In this document: positions 13,462 through 28,400 of the stretch, piece by piece
Layout: every line of letters starts with the position of its first letter
Position numbering within the stretch: the stretch's first letter is position 1
From: Lingula anatina
Lineage: Eukaryota; Animalia; Brachiopoda
Length of the DNA stretch: 64,000 nt
Reading direction: 5' to 3'
Assembly (NCBI GenBank): GCA_051362555.1
Contig: CM120642.1
Coordinates: 26,040,001-26,104,000, forward strand
Position numbers and translations under genes: made by a program
Notes under the pieces: generated by a model
The model's database searches: none
What the model was told of the DNA's origin: nothing
What the model saw: the letters and a program-made list of their open reading frames with translations, nothing else

Positions 13462-16400
13462 AATTTGCCTACCAATATGGCCTGAGAAATTGTTTTTTAT
13501 AATTGCCAGCCTGACTTTAGCTTTGCATTGGGATGGAAGCCAATGAAATGGCAAATTTTGTTGTGACTAGAAATTGTGGGATCTCTCATATATGACTTGC
13601 CTACTTCTAAAGATATTTAGTAACAAACCCCAAGTGAGTCACTAGATATGACACAAATCATGCTGTCATTTTCCTTCAACTTTAAAAAAAGATCTAACCC
13701 AACACTTTTTAAGTTAGCTCCCGTATGAACATATTTAAGCTATATGTACCTCTAGTGAGCTATATTGCTAGCACTGTCATCCTGATATTGTGAGTAATAA
13801 TTATTAACTATGAAGTGAGCACATATAGTGTGGTGGGATATATGAGGGAGATGGGGTGACAATTAGAATGTATAAACTAACAGGTCATCCTTGAAAACTG
13901 CCAATCTAACTAGAAATGCTGCATTTTACCTGAAATGTTGCTTAAGAAAAAGTGCAACCTTTGATTTACAAACATGTTTTTTTCCCTCCTGTTTAAAACC
14001 ATACTTTGTTCTGTTAAACCTTTGGCAACCTTATATCTGAGATCTGAGATCATATACTTATCTAGTGATCACTATCTACAGATTACAGAGCTCTGATTAT
14101 TTTATTTAAATATAGCTGTGTACCCATACATATTGATGTGTACATTACAATCAATTAGGTGAGCATTAAATACACATTCATGTGTCGTATTGTCCATGCA
14201 AAATACAGCATACATAAAGAAAAATTAGTTCTGAATAAATTAAAAAAACAAACTTACAAAAAAAGAAAATAAAATAAGACAGGCCAATCTGCTTCGGTCT
14301 GCTATTTTGAACTGCTTTTTTTGTTTTTGAGGATTTTCTTCCATCTTTTCAAACATGGTTTTGGTTATGCTTTATGGTAGTGAAACACATGTAGATGTTT
14401 CATTACATTTCTATGGATCTTTCAATATTCTTAAAGTCAAGAGCAGGACTCTTCCCAGGATTGGGGGTTCAGGCAGTTTAAAATTACCACCTGTAATTTC
14501 CTACAAAACTTCAGGGATTCCAAGTATCCCTAAAGCCATCATCTTTCCAAAAAAAAAAAAAAAAAAAAAACAAAACAAAAAAACAAAACAAAAAAAAAAA
14601 AAACATAAGCCATCCAGCCAAGTTTGCAAATGACAACTGGATGGTTCGCTGGGAAAACCCTTGGTCAAGAGTAAAAAGTTTATTTGGGGACTTGCTGGAT
14701 GATAATATCGAAATGATCAACATTAAAAATTACACTCACTTAAGATAAACATTTGTTTTAATTGTTCAGGCTTTAAAAAATACTTTTTATGTTCATATTG
14801 AATGCCATTCAGTGTTTGACACATTATAGACAAAATAGTTTTTACTATATCCCATTAATTTAGTCTATTGCATTTCTATGGATTTATTCTTGACTATTTA
14901 GAGACCACCTGCGTCAAGAGCATCTCTTTCCATCCATTTTACTTCATTTTCACTAACACTTTGGTGTAGCATATGATATCTTATAAATAGCTTATGTTTT
15001 ATTGGTCCTTCATTTTTTCCAGACCCCCTTCCCTTAGAAAGAGCTTATTTTGCCAGACCCCCTTCCCCTCCCTTCTAAATATGGTCAATTGGCTGAAATG
15101 AATCAGTCCTAGATATTTTATGAAGTGATTGTGTTGGACTTGTCTCTTTTGTTTGTCTGGATGTTTCTTTCCTTAAGCCTAGGTCCCAACTGCGTTTTGG
15201 ACGCACGGTTTTTAGGTGCCTTGCGTCCGGCTAGGACGTAGCTAGATCGCACGTAGCGGCTGTTGATCATGTCAAAAAGTTCCAACATGCTGTTTACGTC
15301 CTCCAAAAGTTGCACAATGGACGTGCTCCTCACGCACAAACTCCCACACTTTCCCTATTTTTTTCGACGTAGACCACACGTAGCAGCCCATACGTTCAGT
15401 TGGGACCTAGGCTTAATATATGTAGACATTTTCTCCCATTTGATGTACCCAAGTGCCCAAACTGTCCTTAAAGTTATATTAAAGCATTAATAACTCTTCC
15501 TTTGAGATTTAAAATTCCACAAGAAATACATTGAAAACAACGCATGGAAATATATTCTATTGCATTTTACCACTAAAACGGCCGTTATTGTAGTAAAACT
15601 AAAATCTGTGCTTGTCAATAGGGCTTTTGATGCCTTTCTTCCCGGTCGTCAAGGCATCCGTTGCCAATGATGTTGGGATGTCACGCGGATTCTCGCGTTC
15701 ATTCGAGACCAAAATAACTTCTGGCGCAAAAAGCCTGATGCAATACCCAGACGTAAGTTGCGAGTTTTTGTATAGTGCGTCGGATAACGAAAAGCCCAGA
15801 ATAGCAGACATTGTAGATATAAATGCATATTGAGCAATAAGACGAATATATCTTATGAATCTTAGATTATTGTTATATAGTGGTGGTGTTGTCTGCTTTT
15901 CCCGCGGTTTTAAGTAGGTCACCAGAAACTATCGCTCGATATCGCATGACTATGCAATGTCAGAGAGGGCTCTGTCAGTTAAAATCTCTTAAGAGATTTT
16001 AACAAAAAAACAAACATTTAGGAAAAAAACCCTGGATTAACTTTGTTGTCGTTGTTGTCTTCACCGTGTATTTTCACCAATAACACAATAAGTGGAAAAC
16101 CGTTATATCTTTTGGCTTGTTTGTTTTTTTTTAATTTTTGTAAAGAAAGATAGTTGTCCAACTCGAGCGTAAACAGTGTTTATTTGACTGATAGTGTAGA
16201 GAAGAGGAGTGTTTTGTCATACTGACTCATAGGCCAGTGAATTCGCTCTTTAAAAAACACCTTAAGTGAAATGTTAACCTGCTGTATCAAATTGAAATAT
16301 GTATTGTTGTATAACATCAGGTGTGATCGCTGCAGTAATGCAGCCAACTTTCTCTTTGTTGTTAGAATGCCTACTGCATTGGTCCTGACAACAGATTCTA

Positions 16401-19400
16401 GAAATCAAGAAATGTGTACATACTTAGATTGCTAGACTTTTATACAAACTATGTACTCTCCTAGAAGACGCTGCTATCTGACCTTTTCATATATTTGATA
16501 GCATTTAGTGATAATCATTATAACTATTAGGTGGAGGATGTCTGTGTTCAAAGTACATGGATCTTAATATCAGATCTTGGTGATGCTATGGATGACTGAG
16601 TACATGTCATTTGATAGTGGAGCAGGTGGTATTTATACTGGTGCAACTTCTGAGCATTTCCGTCATATTATAAAAAGTAATAAGAATTGTATTTTGTCAG
16701 CAGATAGCATTTGATGTAAATTAATAGGAATTGACTGAATGAGCAACAAGATTATTTTTTTTTTACATTAGGCATAATTATGAAATTTTACTAGTGCCAC
16801 AGGAAAAATGTGGCACGTGCAGAAAAGAATAAATGTTTATACAATGAGCACAAGCTGTTTAACATCACCAAATATTTGCTCCATGTTTTAATAATTTTAA
16901 AGTCAATTCTAGTAATGAAAAGAATGTCAATTGTTGCATGTGAAAACATGACATATTCCAAAATTCTGCAGAAAATATTTTATGGTTGACTAATTGGAGA
17001 TGACATGCAATTATTTACCGTTCTTTCTTCCATAAAGACATTGGTTGGACAGTATGGAATGGAAAGTATTTGGTCTTCAAATTATTAAAAACTACATAAT
17101 GAAAGTTTTCATCTACTTATTTTGCAAGCTTTTTCTATTTGGGGAAAGTAATGAAATACTAGTAATGTGATTGCTATTCTCCCCAACTGTTGCAGACCAC
17201 TTGATGCAATTGAATAGTTGGGCTGGGACAGTGAGTCTGTCTCTATTTGCAGTACCTCAAATTCAACATTTACAGATCAATAAAAGAAATGAGAAACCGC
17301 CAAATGTTATCTGAGGACAGGAAAAAATCAATAGCAATGCAAAGGTTATGTAGGTTTACAGTTTCCAAGATGTTTAGACTGATTAACTTTGGTTATGCGT
17401 TTTCGTAGATTTTTATATATATATTTTAGGCTTCGAATCATTTTCAGATGCAACATGACAGTCATTTGGGTTTTGAAGAGTGGACGTGGTTTTAAATTGA
17501 TTTGTATGTTGGAAAAATTTATTTTCAAGACCTTTCATAGAAGATGAATCAATATATATGTAATTTTCTACAAGATTATTAGCAGGTATTTTTGTAGCTT
17601 GAAGTGACAGTTACTCTTAAAAAGGCAAGATTATTTGTAATATTTTTTTCTAGGAAGCAATGGGAATGTGAGAAAGCACATGAATCAAATTAGATGACTA
17701 ATAAGTAATTTCTATGAAACTCTGGCAAAATGACAGCGCATTGATGTTGAATCCATTCTGCATGCCATGGTTTTGTGCTAAGATTGAAATTCAAGAGCAA
17801 GCCGATAATTATAGCTGTAAAAAATTTTGCAGAAAATGAATCATTTAACGTGTTATGTTGGATACTATGAGTGTCTAAAAATGATATTGACTATTTGAAA
17901 CTGACTATTTTCTTACTTGAAAATATTTTATCATGGTACTTTTATTATTACTTTACAGTCATTTTTTAGTCATGTTGCATGATTGAAACCCTCCTTTGTT
18001 TTCTCATATATATATCATAATGTCCTTAATTGCTCAAATATATTCCATCTTGATTCGACAAATTGTAGGTGTTATGAAGATGATGAACATCTTATCTTAA
18101 ATTTTGTTAAAGGCCCAGGGGAGATAATCATTACAGTTGAGTGCCTTGAGACAGGTTCTAGGTTCTGTGAAAGAGTTCCCTCTTCTCTCTACCATGGAGA
18201 TACTTTTTTATGTACAGACATAGGCTCTATTCCCATAGATTTTAGATCGATCTATCTCCGCGGGGAGTCTCACTAGATTACTTTCAGATTATCTGACTTA
18301 AATGTCCGTCCCGCCTACTACAAGCTGTAAGGGGGTAATTAACTTTCGTGTCCGCCCAGCTGACGGCTATTTAGCGTGAACCCCCAGGGAGTTAGGTCGA
18401 TCTAAAGTAGGTCGATCTAATCTATGGAAATGGGGTGATAGATGTGCCATGGGCCTAAAGTCTTATGCAAGTTACATGTTCTTAACATCTATGTTACCTG
18501 TTGTACATAATAAAATTTTGTGGTAATTTTGCTTTTCAGCATAATGTATGATTGCATCAAAATTACCACAAAATAACCCTTTTTTGTGCATCTTTATTAT
18601 CTGGTTTTTGTCTGTACGTACGACAGCTGTGCTGCCTTGTCTCTAGATATTCACAAATTTTTCTTTGGCTTTTCACTATCTGTGCACATTTTGTCCAATG
18701 GTGAGGATATTGCAATGACTATAACATATTCAGAATAGATGATCTGCGGACTAACTGATCCACGGACTAAATAAGGCCAACACCACTTTAAAAGCTGTGC
18801 CGCTAATTCCTTGATGGTCTCCAAGCCTCCACACATGCCATCGCTACAGTGACCTGGCAATTAAACATTGGAGCCGAAATTTAATCCATTTAATGGTGCA
18901 TATAGAGGCAGTTTTGTTTTAGTTAACTGTAGGTGTATTAATTTTGTACTTCTCGATATATATGGGTTTGATCTGAGGACAGGAAAGTTAAGTCATCTAA
19001 TTTGATTCATGTTTATCAAATAATACAGCATAGCATCCGTACCATTCATTTTTAGACTGGAAGTACAAAAGCAGAATCTATTGGACATGATCTCATTGGT
19101 TATGCAATGTAAAGTGATATATTTTCCTCTTCCGCTTTATGGGAGGGCAGGTGGCCTAAACATGGAGGTGGATGATAATCAGCCTTTCATCTGTCTCAAA
19201 GCACTCATTGAGTCTCATGTAATCTTTCCAACTCTTTAAACATGCTATTCATATGTAGCAGTTATTGATAATCTACATTAAAAACTATCAATTACCTCTA
19301 TAGAAGAACTAAACCAATTCAGTGAGACGGTTTGTATGTTGCATAAGTTAAGTGTTTCATTATTCATGATTCAAATGAAAGAATCAAAATGCTCAGAGAG

Positions 19401-22400
19401 CAAGCAATTTGCAAAATTGCAAAATTTGTTCTTAGAACCCAAATAAATGAACAAAATTATAGAGTACACAGAAACGACTTATTTGATATATGATACCTCG
19501 AAAAGTGTTTTCTCAAGATAATAAAAAATGCTTGATATCTTTTGACATAATTTCAGTTATTACTCATGGTGTGGGCAACATTGTACAGAATAAAAATCTG
19601 TGGATTTAATCGGGTGATTTAACACTAGATAATCCTATGATTAACATCAAAGTATTTATTTGTCACTTTATTATGTAACAAAAATTTCCATGTGTTGGCA
19701 TTTAATATTGATCTTTGAGTAGGATTTCTACAGCCTAGATAAAAAATTTGCTCTAGGACAACCTTGCATTTATCCTGTCATAAATAACAGGCTGTAAGGC
19801 TAATCCACATATAATAACTGTCAAGGAAAAAAAAGCCAGCTGCCATTGATTAAGTCCATGAAGCAGTCTTTTATAATCTGGATAGAAATAAGAACAGATA
19901 TAGATTGGCAGTTTAAAGCAGGTATATATAGAAGGGAGTTTGGAGAAGAGAGAGATAGTCTAGTTAGATACACGTAGCCTACCTGACAGGAGAAAAAAAT
20001 ATTACGACATATTGAGAGCTAAGGAAAGAAAGGCCTTTACTAGACAGGGCAGTTGTCAGACTGTTCAGATTATAAAATAATTGGGTTTGTATTTAGCAAA
20101 ACGGGGCTAGACTGATGCCAAAAATGTGCCACATTAGTACATAGTCAACAGAAGAAAAGGGGATTTTTTTTAAAGAGATCCAGTAGACGGTTCAGGTGTC
20201 AGACTGCACCACTGATAAAAAGTTCAAGTTGTAAAAGACAAACAGGTCTACCTGGTGCAGAAAACACGCCATATTGCTGTATCTGAGAGATGAAGAGGAT
20301 CTAGCATAGCATTTATACTAGACCGAAGGTATGGACGGTACAGCTGCTTGTTGATTTGCTGAACCTTGAATGGAATATGAGTAGACTAAACAGGAAGTGA
20401 AAAAATCAGCGTAGGTGAAATGCAGAAATATTCCCAGAAGAGCTACATCTGACGGAGAAAAGGTATCAGACTGATCATTTCGAATGGTTTGTGAAACACA
20501 AAAAAGTTGTGCAGCAGACTCCTTTCACCATATTGTTGTTGGGAGCTAGGGAGAAGGTCACAAAAGCCTTGGAGACAATTATTTTATGACGTACACAGCG
20601 ATAGGAATAGACTCTGGTTGTAATGCATTGAAAGTCAATTTGCTGTTGGCTGGTTTAGGCTGTTAGTGAATTAGCCCTGCCCATTATGTATGACTGGATG
20701 CTACTAATGCTGTGGAAAACAGGACAGGTCAGTAACTGTATTATGCATATATCAGTTTCCTATTTCAGGCTAGTGGATCCTTTGGTTAGGTGTGATATTT
20801 TTAGTTTCTCATTCTCGTTGGGTTGGTGAAAAATATATTGCTTGTAGGTGAATTGATGTTCAGCTGCCAGGATATTAATGGTTTACCCAAGTCTCTTTTT
20901 ATGCTCAAAATCTTCAACCAGTATATTTATCAACTTTATTAGAATAGGTGAAGGGGAAGGGAAATTTCAGTTTCTACTGGGCAGCAGTGTTCAATATTCT
21001 TAGCGACAAACATGTTTGATGAGTTGGAACGAATTGATTTTCATAGAAATGTGGGGAAATGTGTGCTAGATGTAAGACATTTTTTGTCCTATAATATGGT
21101 CTAATGGAAGCATTGTAATGATCATGAGCATTTGCTGTCCCAGATCGTATGGTACTAACTGTGGATCGATCTATCTCCGAGGGGTTTCTCTTTAAATTGC
21201 AATCAAATTAAGCAGCTTAGATGTCTGTCACACCTACTGAAGCTGCTAGGGGGTAATTAATTATCGTTTAGCAGTTTCATTAGGCATGCCAGACATCTAA
21301 CCCGCTTAAGCTGAAAGCAATTTAGCGAGAATCCCCTCGGAGATGAATCGATCCTGTTGGATCAATCTAGGTATGGGAACCCAGTCTAAAAGTCTCATGA
21401 AAATATCAAACCTCGAGAACACGAGGAGGCCATTTTCCAATATTTATTGAATCATTTCCCAGGCTTGGTTTCAAAATCAGAAGATGGTGGAAAAAGCTTA
21501 GGAAATGACTTGGCCTGGGATGTTTATAAGTGTTCAGTCATTATTTACAAATCATGTGTGCTAAAACATGAGAATGCACATATATACAGGCATGTCAGAT
21601 GTGTGAGTGCATGTTATTGATGCATGCATATGCACACGCACACACACATACACATACAGAGTTTTGCCATAAAAATTAGTACAGTTAAGATAAAAAATGA
21701 AAGATATACATTGAGATATATGTGAAGCACTGGTCAAGTCAGGTGAGAACAGGTTGATAGATAAATCTAGCTGTCAGTGTAAACAGTAATGTTAGCAGTT
21801 CTGTGATCTGGTAGTGGGCGTAGAATGCAGAAAGTGTCCTAAAACGAATTTAGAAAAACAACTATGCCTTCTTAGGTTGTTTATGAGGCATTAGATGCCT
21901 TGGATGTTTTTTTTTACTGTGTGCTCAAGGAAAAAGAACTGCTGTACTCATAACTAGTTCTGTCACCTGTATTAGGGACATTTCACCTGAGAATACTGAT
22001 AATAAATGATTCCCTTTGCATTTGATGTGCATTTAAGTGCTTTTGCATGTATATTAGTTACGCAGTTGTATAAATTATGCATATTTATTTGCAAATTTGT
22101 TTTTGCGGAAGTAGTTGCCTGTGTGTGTATGTGTGTGCATTTGTGTGTGTGTGCATGTGTGTGTGTGTGTGTGTGTGCGTGTGTGTGAGAGAGAGAGGAT
22201 ATGTGTGAGGACCAGATTGGTTATTTGTAAGTTCTAGTGTTGCACCCCTCCTCCTTACTTTATAAATATGGAGGCACTGGCCATTTATCACATTACAATC
22301 GTGATTCTACATTTGCTTTCCACATATCACCTCGGTGCAAGAATCACACCAGATTTTTCCTGAACATAATCACAGCTTATCTGTTTGTTTTTTAGTTCAG

Positions 22401-25400
22401 GTTGGCTCTTTGCTCAACCGTTTACCCAACATAAACTTACGTCTACAGCTGAGCTACAGCTTGGCTTGTTAACATATTTAATAGCCTACTCAGTCCATTC
22501 TTGAAATTAATATGGAGTTTCATTTATTTGCCCACACTTATGTAGGACATTATTTTCAAAGAAAAGACAGAAAAAAATAATCATATATTGAGAATAAATG
22601 AGGATGTAGACTATATTGACTTAGGTAGGTTTATTAGAGTTGTAGCTATGGGAATGCAATCTTGTATACTAATTACATTCCATGATTTGCATATGACCAT
22701 GTCAAGTTGAGTGAAAAGATATAAATATCATCCTCAAATGTCCTTGAAAATAATTATAATGATTATGATAAGTACATGTGTATGTATTATTGAAATAATT
22801 CAGTTGGACACATAGTGATAAAAACTAAACGAAGTGTTTGTTAAAAAATCTGTTGCAGCTGTTTGTGGTATTCATGCACAACTCCTTTTAGCCATTGGGT
22901 TTTTTTCTGATATGAGCCCAGGTAGTAGAAAAAAAAAGCATGAAACCAAAAATAACACCTTCACCCCCAAACTACTGATATGACATTTGTGGGCGAAATT
23001 ATCACACTTTATCTGAAGACAAATGAAGCCCATCAACATAAAATCATAATACTAGTATGATAACAACCAGTGTTACACAGAGGCGTTTTTATCTAGATGT
23101 TGACTAATGGGGTATGTGTCCTTAATGTTTTCAGGAACAGGTATTCTTTACTACAGTAGAATTAAATGCTTAGGTTTACATTTGTTAACTGTAAATATAC
23201 AAGAGAGAGCGAGAGAGAGAAAGACATTTTTGTGGTATTTTTGAATTGATGTATTTTAGTTATCTTGCTTCTACATCGTGCAGTAAAGGTAAGATAATCG
23301 GACTGTGTGTTACAGGTAGAAAAATAGGTTTGTAGGTTAAACGGCCCATAAAAATGTGGGTCATGGTGTATGCACAGATGTAAACAAACCATGCCCACAT
23401 CATTATAATAGTAGAGCAATTGGCAAAAAAAGTAGAAAAAAAGAAAGGAAAAATAGAAAAAGGCAAAAAAAAAAAAAAAAAAGAAAAAAAGAGAGAGAGA
23501 GAGGGAGAGAGTAAGAAAAGAAAAAAGAAAAATGGGTCATGCATCCCCTAGGGGGCAGTATGATTTTCTTCTCCTAAGTTACCAGCGTACTTGCCAAACA
23601 GCCCTCATGCATAGTGCAAAGAGGGCAACTTGACAACTATACTAGTAGACCATGGGGAAAAATTGCAGTGATGTAATTTGCTGGGAACTGTCTTGCTCAT
23701 TTATATTGAACTTTATTTGATACCTAGATTTTATTTATCCTGGGTTCCCATAAGCTTTTTTGTCCTTTTAAAACCTTTTCAAGTATAGAAAGCTGTGACA
23801 TTCACACATAATCAAGCGTGTATGATATTGACTACCTAATTTGATGCAACTACTTGCTTAGTGCATTAAAACTTGAATTTAAGCCAGAGTTTGAAAAAAG
23901 TGACAAAGTATATTGCCCATGAAAAGAGGGTCCAGACCACCCCCAGGGGTAGATTGATCAGTAGAATGGATTCCAGGCAACACACACTGTAGGACAAAAT
24001 GAGTGCTTTGACTCCCTTATCAATTAACAGCAATAACTGTGTGCATCCAGGCATTAGGGATTTGGATTGTTGGGTTTCAACTTGCCTTTATGGGAAAAAG
24101 AAGCCATATTTGCCATTTTCCTTTGTTTTGTTCTTTTTAAAGACAGCAGACACCTAAATGCATTACAAAGTTCTGTTTGTATGCTTACAATAATCACAAA
24201 CAATTAATGCCATGATTGTGACACAGGAAATATTGTGATTATTTTTGTTTTGAAATTCATAATATCAATAAAAACAAAATATGTGGATGGTACTGCAGCG
24301 ATAAGCAGTGCTAAACCGTCATGATGGTATTTCATCTTAAAACCTTACAAAAAATAGTATTATACCATGAGAAGTTTTTGAAACACAAGCAGTGAAATCT
24401 TATATTTTGCTAGTTATGTGCAAAAGTTAGTTTTTTTTTCACATCGTGCGTTATATGTACCTGAGACCAAGTTTTTCACTGTAAAATACACATGCCATCA
24501 TCAAGCTACAGAAGTGTCATAGTTCATTGAAAAAAAGATATTCATCTAAAATTTCCTGTATATTTCAGTGAATGATGTGGTTTCCATCTTCATCAAGAAA
24601 GAAGATGGGGAAAAGTTGGCAGCACTTGTGGATAACAACACCAGAGTCACAATGAACATTAGCGTAGGCACCAAGGAGGATCAGTCACCTAACCAGGGCG
24701 TCAACAGAACCTCTGTGCTCTTTGTCTCTATATCCTTCATTGTCCTGATGATCATCTCCCTGGCTTGGCTCATTTTCTACTATGTGCAAAGGTTTAGGTA
24801 TGCACATGCCAAGGAAAGGCTGACGGTGAGTATTAAGTCCAATTCATGTCAAAAGTTAGGTTGAGATCCATGGAAATGTGAATAGATTCAAATGGCATTA
24901 TTACACCCCATTGCCATAGACACCAGTGGGCTATGTGTATCAATCCAAGAACGCATTCACATCAAGGCATGACAAGGCCGAGACCTACATATGGCGGACG
25001 TACATGAAAGGAAAACTGCCTAATCCTTTCATGGTCTCTCCGCCTCTCACATACCTCCCCACGCGCCATCCCTGCAGGGGTACAGTCATTAAATCTCCGC
25101 TTCATTGGGACGACGCTTGGGGAGGCATGTGAAAGGCGGAGAGACCATTAAAGGGTTAGTCGGTTTTCCTTCCATGTACATCCGCCATATTTAGGTCTTG
25201 GCCTTGTTGAGCCTCGGCTCTTCTCGCTGTGAATGCGGTCCAACTCTGAGGAGACTATCCCTGACTGCATTCAGCTTAACAGAATGATGCGGCTCCTCTT
25301 GTATCCAACGTACTCGTATACACACCAGCTTTTCTGTGTTTTACTTAAGGACAAGCGGAGGCATAGCCATTCAGTTATGCTGAAAGCAGTCAGCGAGAGT

Positions 25401-28400
25401 CCCCCTCAGTAGGTCCGCCATATTTAGGTCATGGCCTTGCTAGCACTCGGCTCTTTTCATTCTGAATGCCCTATAAGTCTCACGTCTATGGCCTGTTTTC
25501 ATAATAAGAATTTAGGTTCCCTTTAAGGAGACGTGTGGTGTGGGACTTATAGGATAAAAAAATTACATAAATGATTGTTGCTGAAGCCTTCAACAGTTTT
25601 CCAATAAGTGCATACCACTGACCCACAAATCCTAAAGCACATTATTCAATAAGACAATGAAACTGCCATTTAAGTACATTTATGTGTAATTGTCACGACC
25701 TGTTGTTCAGGTCCATGTTTTTTTTTTTACTAAATGGGTCATTCTGATAATTTCTGTTATCCTAATTTTTTCTTGATATTTCAGCGCCGTTTGACAAATG
25801 CTGCCAAGAAGGCTATTCAGAAAATCCCAGTGCGCACCCTAAAGTCTGGAGATAAAGTAAGAGAAACAGGAATTAATGGTCACGCTCACAACAGAACTAA
25901 GACTGCATTCCCATAGGTTTAGGTCGATCCATCTAGATCAACCTAACTCCCTGGGGGTTCACGCTAAATTGATGTCAGCCGAGCGTGCACAGTAGTTAAT
26001 TACCCCTTTACAGCTTTTAGTAGGCTGGACAAACGCTTAAGCCGGCTAAGCTGACAATAATCTAGTGAGACTCCCCACAGGGATAGATCAATCTAAAATC
26101 TGTGGGAATGGGGCCTAAGTCATGAAATAACCCTGACTTCCCAGATAACCAGATCCAAAGAGAGGCCTACCATGATAATACTGAACCCATTGTGAAGCAT
26201 TCTAGTGTTCTTGAGACAATAGTTAGAGGATTTTTAGTTCAGTTTTATCTGTGTTGAGCGTGGCCTGTCGGCCTGTTTGGGTAAAAACTTTGTAGGTAGC
26301 AGAATTAATTAACTTGCCTTAGTGTATGGGTTAACCAGGATGAATTGAGTCAGGCAATTGTCTTAGTCAAGTACTAGCCTTATGGAGAAGTGCGTTTCCA
26401 ACATGCTTAAAGTCCTGTTTCTAGTGAAGATAGATGGCCATAATTTATATGGCTCATCTTAGGGGGAAGAGAGTTTTGTTTAAACCTCCCTCATCATAGA
26501 AGGCAAAGCTTATCCCTCTCTCGTCCTGCCAAGTACCAGTTTGATTAAGGTTTAACTGTTATGCATTAGATTTGCTTCCCATCATGAGCTGTTAATAATT
26601 GGAGAATTAGAAATTCCTAAGGTAGGCCTGCCCATCTTTAATTGCTACAGGTTTCAGATTAAAAAAAAAGATGTATTAAGTATAGTTATTGTGTTGTTTC
26701 AGGTGTAGCATTCTCAGATGTTTTGTCAAATTGGCAAGTGAAAAATGTACCACCTTTGGTGTCCTCATATGGGACAAGTCAAAAGGGGTTGACAGAAGAA
26801 TTGAAGTGCTTGTTAGGTGAATCTTGAAAAGATGGGAGGCCTGGAAATCATATTTTGTAAAGATAAAGCATTGTTTCCTCAAAAGATCTCTCTGATAAAA
26901 TGTCAATGAAGACTGAATTGCATGTTGGGATGGAGTGTTTCATTAAAATGCTACTTGAAAGTACAATGCATTTGTCGATAAAGAGAGAATAAAGTTGAGG
27001 TTGAGACTGTTAATGGCAATGTAGGACGTAATGGTGGAAAGCATGTTCTAATCTAAATGCCAGGCAGGTTATTAGAGGAAACAGTCTGATTGTGCAAAGG
27101 GAAAAGAACTCATTTCATGATTTTTGCTATCCAGAGCGGAGATTATTGCCTATATCCTTCCTTGCTTATTGAGTTGGGGAATCGTATATCATGTGTAAAT
27201 GGTTGTTGGGTTAATATGATTGTAAGTGATGGGAGATGTGGTTATTATCAAATACTTAGGCCATTAAGATCAATAAGGAGTAAAAATAGGAAGAATAATA
27301 ATTAAGTATCCGTATTTCAGTTCAGAACTACAAATTTGTATGTAGAAATTTTGTTATTGATAGACTACTAAAAAGGTTGGTTGTGCCATCTTTTCTGGTG
27401 CGAGCCATCTCTTATTTATTGCATGTGGTTAAGCAACACAAAAACTGAAGGAGTCACACATTCATCATTTTGATAATAAAAAGTATCATTACTGCTGTGT
27501 GAATATGAATAGTTATATGATACAGTTCAGTAAAATGGTGTAGTTGAAAAAAAGATTGACACGATGAAAGTTTTTTTTTTTCATAAGCAACTCATTTTAG
27601 CACACGTTTAATGCGAGAATATGTTATGTTTTAGGAAACGGAGACGGAGTACGAGCAATGTGCAGTGTGCATCGAGAACTACAGACCTCATGAGGTGGTC
27701 AGGATTCTTCCTTGCAGGTAGAGTGTGTGAGCTTGGGTTTGTGTGTGCGCGTGTCTGAGACATTTCCTTTTCAGGCCTGTACACCAGGCCTCATGAATGA
27801 CGAGTACTGTTTGCGATCACGAGCCTTGAGATTTGCGAGAACGAATGCCCAAATTAATGACTGGAATCACAATTTAATGGCATGAAATTAAAAAATTAGC
27901 GGATAAGAGCACTGTATCAAAAAGCACTGTTAAGCCAACTTTCATTCCCGTATCTTGCTGTTCACATACGTGTTCTTGTTCTCAATGCTGACCTTTTTTT
28001 CAATATGGCGGAAGATGCAAGAAACTGCACGTTAGAGGATTCAGAGGTTCCTGGTCCAGAAAGAGTGACATTTTACTCCTCTTTCTACTTCTTTGAAGAA
28101 ATCCAAAGGATTCTTGACATCTACACCAAGGCCCAATATAGTGGCTAGAGCCTTATTGACTGAATTTCAAGCACATAAATAATGATGCTCCACAAATGAC
28201 AATTAGGACACAAGTAAAAATTGATTCAAAGATTGATTCGCCAACTCGCAAATATCTTTTCCATGCATTTCCTTTATCATTAGAAAAATAAACAAAAGTA
28301 AGTAAAAAAATCATGAAGAAAATCAAACTAATGTATTTTTATAATTGACTATCCATACCGCTTATTAATATGGCAGTAATGCGCTCTGAACAATCTCTTA

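Noticed and set aside
15560-15960. ORFs 15599-15922 and 15612-15833 in a CpG-rich patch
   Set aside because: No recognisable domain; probably an unclassified repeat whose ends I could not define
19900-20620. Purine-rich stretch resembling decayed coding sequence
   Set aside because: Stops in all + frames tested and no identifiable transposase or RT motif
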